The notes under the pieces are model-generated. The model saw only the letters and a list, made by a program, of their open reading frames with translations. It ran no database searches and was not told the DNA's origin. Source: an uncultured Actinomycetes bacterium (GTDB lineage Bacteria > Actinomycetota > Actinomycetes > S36-B12 > CAIYMF01). From it: a stretch of 32,000 nucleotides of DNA. This document shows positions 25,179 through 32,000 of the stretch, piece by piece (the stretch's first letter is position 1; each line of letters opens with the position of its first letter). The stretch is from contig CAWJMG010000003.1 of the NCBI GenBank assembly GCA_963843975.1, forward strand, positions 1,110,001 to 1,142,000, written 5' to 3'. Made by a program: the position numbers and the translations under genes.

Positions 25179-26312
25179 TCAGCGGGTCGAGCGGTCCACG
25201 AACGGCGGCGTCGTCACCGCGAAGCGCGACGCCCGGCCGCGGACGTCGACGAGCACCTCGTCGCCGTCGACGAGGCCGGCCGAGGTGTCGAGCAGCGCCA
25301 GGGCGATGCCGACCTTGAGCGTCGGCGAGAACGTGCCGGACGTGATCTCTCCCAGCGGCGCGCCGTCGACCGACGAGACGGTCATGTGCGGCCGCGGGAT
25401 GCCGCGCTCGAGCGAGACGAGGCCGACCGAGCGACGGGCCGGGCCCGCCTCCTTCTCGGCGACGAGCGCGTCGCGGCCGTGGAAGGCAGGCTTCTTCCTG
25501 CCGACCGCCCAGCCCGCGCGCGCCTGCACCGGGCTGATCGACAGCGAGAGGTCCTGCCCGTGCAGCGGGTAGCCCATCTCGGTGCGCAGGGTGTCGCGGG
25601 CGCCGAGGCCGCACGCCCGGATGTCGTCGGGTGCGCCCGCCTCGAGGATCGCGTCCCACACGGCGGCGGCCGCGGCCCACGGCACGACGAGCTCGTAGCC
25701 GTGCTCGCCGGTGTAGCCGGTGCGGCAGACCAGGAGGTCGGTGCCGGCCAGCGTCGCCGGGACGAACGCCATGTACTCGAGGGCCGAGGGCAGGCCCAGC
25801 GCGTCGAGCAGCGCGGCCGAGCGCGGCCCCTGCACGGCCAGGACGGCGTGCTCGTGGTGCAGGTTGGTCACGGTGACGCCCTCGGGCGCGGCCTCGGCCA
25901 GGATCCGCACGACCTCGGTGGTGTTCGAGGCGTTCGGGATGAGGAAGACGTCGTCCGGCCCGTGCAGGTAGGCGATGAGGTCGTCGACGACGCCGCCGCT
26001 CGCGTCGCACAGCAAGGTGTACTGCGCCTTGCCGGGGGCGATCCGCTCGAGGCTGTTGGTCAGCACCGAGTCGAGGAACGCCGCCGCACCGGGGCCGGTC
26101 ACGGAGGCCTTGCCGAGGTGCGAGACGTCGAAGACGCCGACCCTCTCGCGCACGGCCGTGTGCTCGGCCACGACGCCGCCGCCGGCGTACTCGAGCGGCA
26201 TCGACCAGCCGCCGAAGTCGCCGAGCTTCGCGCCGAGCGCGAGGTGGCGGTCGTGGAGCGGGGACAGCAGCGGTGTGGAGGCGTCGGTCACGCACCGCAC
26301 CGTACCGGCCAC
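25179..26312 (-). CDS. gcvT: Glycine cleavage system aminomethyltransferase GcvT
   Basis: It contains [46 protein letters not shown] and [20 protein letters not shown]. An alternative start is GTG 26291. Confidence 0.9.
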   Translation of the reverse strand: MAGTVRCVTDASTPLLSPLHDRHLALGAKLGDFGGWSMPLEYAGGGVVAEHTAVRERVGVFDVSHLGKASVTGPGAAAFLDSVLTNSLERIAPGKAQYTLLCDASGGVVDDLIAYLHGPDDVFLIPNASNTTEVVRILAEAAPEGVTVTNLHHEHAVLAVQGPRSAALLDALGLPSALEYMAFVPATLAGTDLLVCRTGYTGEHGYELVVPWAAAAAVWDAILEAGAPDDIRACGLGARDTLRTEMGYPLHGQDLSLSISPVQARAGWAVGRKKPAFHGRDALVAEKEAGPARRSVGLVSLERGIPRPHMTVSSVDGAPLGEITSGTFSPTLKVGIALALLDTSAGLVDGDEVLVDVRGRASRFAVTTPPFVDRSTR

Positions 26313-26419
26313 GGGCGAGGTCCGCTCCGGTGCGGCTGGCCGCCCGACCCGGCAGACGGGAGGTCACACGGCGTCCCTGCCGGTAGGTTCTGGGAAGACC
26401 TCGACCACGGGAGCGCACT

Positions 26420-27934
26420 GTGACCACCCTTGCCCTGAACTCCGGCGACATCGCCGCCCTCGCGACCGACGTCCTCGTCGTCGCCACCGTCCCCGCAGGC
26501 GGCCGCAAGAAGGGCGCCGTCCTCGCCGGGCCGGCCGCGGGCCTCAAGGCCGCGCCCAAGCGCAAGCTCGAGGAGGCCCTCGCGGCCCTCGGCGCCACCG
26601 GCAAGGCCGGCGACGTCGTGAAGGTGCCCGGCGCCGGCATCGCGGCCGCACCGGTCGTCGTGGCCGTCGGCCTCGGCGCAGGCCCCTGGACCGACGAGGC
26701 GCTGCGCCGCGCCACCGGCAACGCCGTCCGCTCCGTCGCGGGCAGCAAGCGCGCCGCCCTCGCCCTCCCCGTCGAGTCCGCCTCCGCCCTCGACGCCGTC
26801 GCCCAGGGGGCGCTGCTCGGCGCGTACTCCTTCGACGACTTCCGCGTCGACAGCAAGGCGGCGCAGAAGTCGCCCGTCGACCGCATCACGCTCGCGGTGA
26901 AGGACGCCAAGGACGCCGAGACCGTCGCCGCGGTCGCCCGCGCAAAGGCGATCGCAGGTGCGGTCAACTTCGCCCGCAACCTCGTCAACACCCCCTCGGG
27001 CGATCTGCCCCCGGCGGCCCTGGCCGACGCGGCCGCCGACGCCGTGTCCGACCTGGCCGTGGAGGTCGAGATCCTCGACGAGGGCGCGCTCGAGGCCCGC
27101 GGCTACGGCGGCATCCTCGGCGTCGGCAAGGGCTCGGCCAACCCGCCGCGCCTCGCCCGTCTCGCCTACCGCCCCGTGGGCGCCACCGCCCACCTCGCCC
27201 TGGTCGGCAAGGGCATCACGTTCGACACCGGCGGCATCTCGATCAAGCCCTCGCTCAACATGCACGAGATGAAGGGCGACATGGGCGGCGCCGCGGCCGT
27301 CGCGGCCGCCGTCGTCGCCATCGCCAAGCTCGGCCTCCCCGTCAACGTCACCGGCTACCTCTGCGTGGCCGAGAACATGCCGAGCGGCAAGGCCCAGCGC
27401 CCCGGCGACGTGATCCGGGCCTACGGCGGCAAGACCGTCGAGGTCATCGACACCGACGCCGAGGGCCGCCTCGTCCTCATGGACGGCCTCGTCCGCGCCC
27501 AGGAGGACAAGCCCGACGTCATCGTCGACGTCGCCACGCTCACCGGCGCTGCCGTCGTCGCCCTCGGATCGCGCACCTTCGGGATCATGGCCAACGACGA
27601 CGACCTCCGCGAGGCCGTGCACGACGCCTCCAAGCGCGCCGGCGAGGCCGCCTGGCCGATGCCGTTCCCGGAGGAGCTGCGCGCCAACCTCGACAGCTCG
27701 GTCGCCGACATCATGAACATCCCGCTCGTCGGCCGCCCCCACGGCGGCATGATGACCGGCGGCATCTTCCTGGCCGAGTTCGTCAAGGACGGCCAGCGCT
27801 GGGCGCACCTCGACATCGCGGGCCCGTCGTACAACGCAGGCGGCCCGCACGGATACACCCCCAAGGGCGGCACCGGCAGCGCCGTCCGCACCCTGGTGCA
27901 GCTCGCCGAGGATCTCGCCGACGGCGCCGTCTGA
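26420..27934 (+). CDS. pepA: Leucyl aminopeptidase (M17)
   Basis: It contains VGKGITFDTGGISIKP, MKGDMGGAAAV, DTDAEGRLVLMD and ATLTGAAVVALG. Confidence 0.9.
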   Translation: MTTLALNSGDIAALATDVLVVATVPAGGRKKGAVLAGPAAGLKAAPKRKLEEALAALGATGKAGDVVKVPGAGIAAAPVVVAVGLGAGPWTDEALRRATGNAVRSVAGSKRAALALPVESASALDAVAQGALLGAYSFDDFRVDSKAAQKSPVDRITLAVKDAKDAETVAAVARAKAIAGAVNFARNLVNTPSGDLPPAALADAAADAVSDLAVEVEILDEGALEARGYGGILGVGKGSANPPRLARLAYRPVGATAHLALVGKGITFDTGGISIKPSLNMHEMKGDMGGAAAVAAAVVAIAKLGLPVNVTGYLCVAENMPSGKAQRPGDVIRAYGGKTVEVIDTDAEGRLVLMDGLVRAQEDKPDVIVDVATLTGAAVVALGSRTFGIMANDDDLREAVHDASKRAGEAAWPMPFPEELRANLDSSVADIMNIPLVGRPHGGMMTGGIFLAEFVKDGQRWAHLDIAGPSYNAGGPHGYTPKGGTGSAVRTLVQLAEDLADGAV

Positions 27935-27977
27935 TCCGACCGATCGACCGCGCGACCCGCACGACCCGCAGGGCATC

Positions 27978-28013
27978 GGAGCCCCGCCCCGGCAGCAGCC
28001 GGGGCGGGGCTCC
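27978..28013 (+). terminator. Hairpin terminator after pepA
   Basis: ggagccccgccccgg / cagcag / ccggggcggggctcc forms a 15-bp perfect stem. Confidence 0.55.
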
Positions 28014-28032
28014 TCGCACATCCGGAGGACAG

Positions 28033-28635
28033 ATGACGACACAGCGGTTCCTCGTGCTGCACGGGCTCACCAACCGCCGGCCCGAAGGGCACTGGGAGCG
28101 TCGGCTCACGGCCGCGCTGCGCCGGGCCGGGCACGTGGTGGTCTACCCGCAGCTGCCCGACACCGACACCCCCGACCTCACGACGTGGCTCGACCTCATC
28201 GACGCCGAGCTCGCGATCCTCGACGAGGCCGGCGACGGGCCGCTCACGGTCGTCGGCCACTCGCTCGGCGCCGTCACGTGGCTGCACGCCGTCGCGCGGG
28301 GTCTCGCCGTACGCCCCGACCGGGTGCTGCTCGTGTCCCCCGCCGGGCCCTCGGCTCTGGCCGACGCGGCGCCGGGCTTCGTGCTGCGGCCGGCCGACGG
28401 CACGCTGACGGCCGACCAGGTGGCCGACTCGGCCGGCAGAACGCTCCTGGTGTGGAGCGGCGACGACTCGTGGTGCGCCGAGGGCGTCGACGTCGTCTTC
28501 GCCGATCCTCTCGGCCTCCCGGTCGTCGTCGTCCCGGGCGGGGGCCACCTCGCCCTCGGCGACGGGTACGGCGAGTGGCCCGACGTGATCGCCTGGGCCG
28601 AGAGCGGCGAGGCCGCCTGGCCTACCGACGGGTAG
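28033..28635 (+). CDS. Alpha/beta-fold serine hydrolase (RBBP9/YdeN-like, 200 aa)
   Basis: ATG at 28033 follows GGAGGA. It has FLVLHG, a GHSLG nucleophile elbow and a C-terminal GGGHL. The 886-aa track ORF upstream of this ATG is junk. Confidence 0.7.
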   Translation: MTTQRFLVLHGLTNRRPEGHWERRLTAALRRAGHVVVYPQLPDTDTPDLTTWLDLIDAELAILDEAGDGPLTVVGHSLGAVTWLHAVARGLAVRPDRVLLVSPAGPSALADAAPGFVLRPADGTLTADQVADSAGRTLLVWSGDDSWCAEGVDVVFADPLGLPVVVVPGGGHLALGDGYGEWPDVIAWAESGEAAWPTDG

Positions 28636-28765
28636 CCAGAGGTTCGCCGACGGCGCATCACCCGCGGTCACGTGCACCCGCCGCAGGTGGAAGGATGGGT
28701 CGACGCCCGTCACCTCGGGCCACTGACCGCTGCACTCGTATCACACGCACCCATGAGGAGCGCCC

Positions 28766-30145
28766 GTGTCCGGGACCTCGTTCGACCTCGTCATCCTCGG
28801 CGGCGGCAGCGGCGGCTACGCCGCTGCTCTGCGCGGAGCCCAGCTCGGCCTCTCGGTGGCGCTCATCGAGAAGGACAAGCTCGGCGGCACGTGCCTGCAC
28901 TGGGGCTGCATCCCGACCAAGGCGCTGCTGCACGCGGCCGAGGTCGCCGACTCCGCGAAGGAGTCCGAGGCGTACGGCGTCAAGGCCACCTTCGAGGGCA
29001 TCGACATCGAGAAGGTCTACGGCTACCGCGACGGCGTGATCGCCCGCCTCTACAAGGGCCTGCAGGGCCTGGTGAAGAGTCGCGACATCACGCTCGTCGA
29101 GGGCACGGGCACGCTGACCTCGCCGACCACGGTCGACGTCGCCGGCACCACCTACACCGCGACCAAGGCCGTCATCCTCGCCACGGGGTCCTACGCCCGT
29201 TCGCTGCCCGGTCTCGAGATCGGCGGCCGCGTGATCACGTCGTTCGAGGCGCTGAGCCTCGACTACGTGCCTCAGTCCGCGATCGTGCTCGGCGGCGGCG
29301 TCATCGGCGTGGAGTTCGCCAGCGTCTGGAAGTCCTTCGGCGCGGACGTGACCATCGTCGAGGCCCTCCCCCGCCTGGTGCCGAACGAGGACGAGGCCTG
29401 CTCCAAGGCCCTCGACCGCGCCTTCCGCAAGCGGGGCATCAAGGCCAAGACCGGCGTGCGGTTCTCCGGCGTCACCCAGGACGCGTCGAGCGTCACCGTC
29501 ACGCTCGAGAGCGGCGAGACGCTCACCGCCGACGTCCTGCTCGTCGCGGTCGGCCGCGGCCCGCAGACCGCCAACTGCGGCTACGAGGGTGTCGGCGTCG
29601 CCATGGACCGCGGCTTCGTGCTCACCAACGAGCGCCTGCAGACCAACGTCCCCGGCGTCTACGCCGTCGGCGACATCGTCCCCGGCCTGCAGCTCGCGCA
29701 CCGCGGCTTCCAGCAGGGCATCTTCGTCGCCGAGGAGATCGCGGGCCTCAACCCCCGCGTCATCGACGAGGCCGGGATCCCGCGCGTCACCTACTGCGAG
29801 CCCGAGGTCGCCTCGGTCGGCCTCACCGAGGCCCAGGCCAAGGAGAAGTACGGCGACGGCAACGTCGAGGCGTACGAGTACAACCTCGGCGGCAACGGCA
29901 AGAGCCAGATCCTCGGCACCACCGGCTTCATCAAGCTCGTCCGCGAGAAGGACGGCCCTGTGGTCGGCGTGCACATGGTCGGCGCCCGAGTCGGGGAGCT
30001 CGTCGGCGAGGGCCAGCTCGTCGTCAACTGGGAGGCCTACCCCGAGGACGTCGCCGCCCTCGTGCACGCGCACCCCACCCAGAACGAGGCGTTCGGCGAG
30101 GCCTTCCTGGCCCTTGCCGGCAAGCCTCTTCACGCACACTCCTGA
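28766..30145 (+). CDS. lpdA: Dihydrolipoyl dehydrogenase (E3)
   Basis: GTG at 28766 follows GAGGAG. It contains ILGGGSGGY, the redox-active GGTCLHWGCIPTK, VYAVGD and HAHPTQNE. Confidence 0.9.
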   Translation: MSGTSFDLVILGGGSGGYAAALRGAQLGLSVALIEKDKLGGTCLHWGCIPTKALLHAAEVADSAKESEAYGVKATFEGIDIEKVYGYRDGVIARLYKGLQGLVKSRDITLVEGTGTLTSPTTVDVAGTTYTATKAVILATGSYARSLPGLEIGGRVITSFEALSLDYVPQSAIVLGGGVIGVEFASVWKSFGADVTIVEALPRLVPNEDEACSKALDRAFRKRGIKAKTGVRFSGVTQDASSVTVTLESGETLTADVLLVAVGRGPQTANCGYEGVGVAMDRGFVLTNERLQTNVPGVYAVGDIVPGLQLAHRGFQQGIFVAEEIAGLNPRVIDEAGIPRVTYCEPEVASVGLTEAQAKEKYGDGNVEAYEYNLGGNGKSQILGTTGFIKLVREKDGPVVGVHMVGARVGELVGEGQLVVNWEAYPEDVAALVHAHPTQNEAFGEAFLALAGKPLHAHS

Positions 30146-30225
30146 CACACCCCGGGCCGCGCGCCAGGATCTGACGCGCGGCTGCACCGCCCGAACGTCC
30201 CCGTACCGAAGGAGTCACGCAGGCC

Positions 30226-31966
30226 ATGTCGGTCTCCGTCACGTTGCCCCAGCTCGGTGAGAGCGTCACCGAGGGCACGGTCACCCGCTGGCTCAAGCAG
30301 GTCGGTGACACCGTCCAGGCCGACGAGCCGCTGGTGGAGGTGTCGACCGACAAGGTCGACACCGAGATCCCCGCGCCCGCCTCCGGCGTGCTGCTCGCGA
30401 TCACCGCGGGCGAGGACGAGGTCGTCGCCGTCGGCGGAGAGCTCGGCGTCATCGGTGCTGCCGACGAGGCCGGCGCAGCAGCGCCTGCCGAGGCGCCCGC
30501 TGCCCCCGCGCCCGTCGAGGAGCCCGTCGCGGCCCCGGTGGCCGAGCCCGTCGCAGCCCCCGTCGTCGAGGCCCCGGCTGCGCCCGCGGCCCCAGCGCCT
30601 GCGGCCGCCCCTGCCGGCGCCGGCACCCCCGTGGTGCTGCCCGCCCTGGGCGAGAGCGTCACCGAGGGCACCGTCACCCGCTGGCTGAAGGCCGTGGGCG
30701 ACTCCGTGGCCGTGGACGAGCCGCTGGTGGAGGTCTCGACCGACAAGGTCGACACCGAGATTCCGTCGCCGGTGGCCGGCACGCTGCTCGAGATCACCGT
30801 CGGCGAGGACGCTGTCGTCCAGGTCGGCGGCACGCTCGGGGTCGTCGGCGCCGCAGGCGCCGCTCCGGCCGCTGCTCCCGCTCCGGCTGCTCCCGCCCCC
30901 GTCGAAGCTTCCGGCGCCGACTCCCGCCCCGGCAGCTCCGGCCCCCGTCGCCGCTCCGGCCCCGGCTCCCGCCCCGGCCGCACCGGCGCCCGCCGCCCCG
31001 GCGGCTCCCGCTGCCCCGGTGGCTCCCGCTGCAGCTGCGTCCGACACCTACGTCACGCCGCTCGTCCGCAAGCTCGCGGCCGACAACGGCGTCGACCTCG
31101 CGTCGCTCACCGGCACGGGCGTCGGGGGACGCATCCGCAAGCAGGACGTGCTCGCTGCTGCCGAGGCCGCCAAGGCCACGGCGGCCGCGCCCGCTCCGGC
31201 CGCTGCGGCCGCGGCCGCAGCACCCGCCGTCGCGGCGTCCCCGCTCCGCGGTCGCACCGAGCCGATGACCCGCCTGCGCAAGGTGATCGCCGAGCGCATG
31301 GTCGAGTCGCTGCATGTCTCGGCGCAGCTCACCTCGGTCGTCGAGGTAGACGTCACGCGCATCGCTCAGCTGCGCGGCAAGGTCAAGAAGCAGTTCGAGG
31401 CCACCGAGGGCGTCAAGCTCTCGTTCCTGCCGTTCTTCGCCAAGGCCGCCGTCGAGGCGCTCAAGCAGTTCCCGCAGGTCAACGCGTCGATCGACCAGGC
31501 CGCCGGCACCGTCACGTACCACGACGGCGAGCACCTCGGCATCGCGGTCGACACCGACCGGGGGCTGCTCGTCCCGGTCATCCGCGACGCCGGCGACCTC
31601 AACATCGCGGGCATCTCGCGCAAGATCGCCGACCTCGCCGAGCGCACGCGCACCAACAAGGTGAGCCCGGACGAGCTCTCGGGCGGCACGTTCACGCTGA
31701 CCAACACCGGCAGCCGCGGCGCGCTGTTCGACACCCCGATCATCAACCAGCCGCAGGTCGCGATCCTCGGCACCGGCGCGGTCGTCAAGCGCCCGGTCGT
31801 CGTCACCGACGAGACCGGAAGCGACTCGATCGCCGTCCGCTCGATGGTCTACCTCGCCCTGACCTACGACCACCGGATCGTCGACGGCGCCGACGCCGCC
31901 CGATTCCTGGTCGCGATGAAGCAGCGCCTCGAGGACGCCAACTTCGAGGCCGAGCTCGGCCTGTAG
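30226..31966 (+). pseudogene. sucB: Dihydrolipoamide acyl(succinyl)transferase E2 (SucB/DlaT type) with two lipoyl domains. The frame is disrupted in the second Ala/Pro linker near 30900-30912 as sequenced.
   Basis: ATG at 30226 follows GAAGGAG. Two lipoyl domains ([13 protein letters not shown] twice) lie in one frame. The peripheral-subunit-binding domain ([17 protein letters not shown]) and the catalytic domain ([17 protein letters not shown]) lie in the next frame, ending at 31966. The first frame then runs Arg/Ser/Gly-rich without a stop to the window end. Confidence 0.85.
30256..30850 (+). repeat. Intragenic tandem duplication: two lipoyl-domain coding units offset by 393 nt
   Basis: 30256-30457 and 30649-30850 share long identical runs (gagagcgtcaccgagggcac.gtcacccgctggct; gacgagccgctggtggaggt.tcgaccgacaaggtcgacaccgagat). 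Confidence 0.8.
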
Positions 31967-32000
31967 GAACACGCACCGACGACGGGCCGCCCTCCGGGGC

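Noticed and set aside
24589-25572. A 327-aa plus-strand ORF overlapping the DUF421 gene and the gcvT 3' end.
   Set aside because: It is an alternative frame of the DUF421 gene. It has Ser/Arg/Thr/Pro-rich composition, runs antisense into gcvT, and contains no motifs.
26313-26419. A possible glycine riboswitch in the gcvT 5' region.
   Set aside because: Reading the minus strand, I could not find the conserved glycine-aptamer cores (GGAGAG…CACCGAAGGGGCAA…CTCAGGCAAAAGGAC-like). The spacer is short (107 bp) and is shared with pepA. A covariance-model search with the Rfam glycine-riboswitch model would settle it.
30450-31260. Highly repetitive GCN/CCN tracts that look like tandem repeats or a spacer-repeat array.
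   Set aside because: They encode the Ala/Pro-rich flexible linkers of the E2 protein. There is no fixed repeat unit alternating with unique spacers, so this is not a CRISPR array or a satellite.

Overview
This is a very GC-rich actinobacterial chromosomal segment (third codon positions are almost all G/C), most like a Micrococcales or Cellulomonas-type genome. I can support 31 protein-coding loci, one cobalamin riboswitch with a terminator/antiterminator expression platform, and several hairpin terminators. I found no rRNA, tRNA, CRISPR, transposase or integrase.

The backbone is housekeeping. It is co-linear with the M. tuberculosis Rv2202c-Rv2215 neighbourhood as I remember it: adoK, lipoprotein, erpA, glycerate kinase, then DUF3043, cobT, cobS, then gcvT, pepA/pepB, lpdA, dlaT/sucB.

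Two accessory blocks are embedded in it:
- 5.5-9.8 kb: a Psp envelope-stress neighbourhood. It holds PspA-PspAA-HtpX plus a second M48 peptidase-PspAB pair, with a DUF3105 lipoprotein gene between them.
- 14.5-24.1 kb, the window centre: one cobalamin riboswitch followed by eight translationally coupled cistrons. These are two stalked cell-surface proteins (a prenyltransferase-like alpha/alpha toroid and a small Trp/Cys-rich domain), ECF transporter T, fused A-A and S components, a PhnP-like metallo-beta-lactamase::CobU fusion, CobT and CobS.

I read the second block as a corrinoid capture, import and remodelling system. Its surface module and PhnP-like domain have no described function that I know of, so this is the main lead.

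Four conserved genes (adoK, the lipoprotein, cobT, sucB) each carry a single-base frame disruption. This more likely reflects assembly indels than biology. Most long ORFs in the supplied track that lie antisense or in alternative frames are high-GC artefacts.
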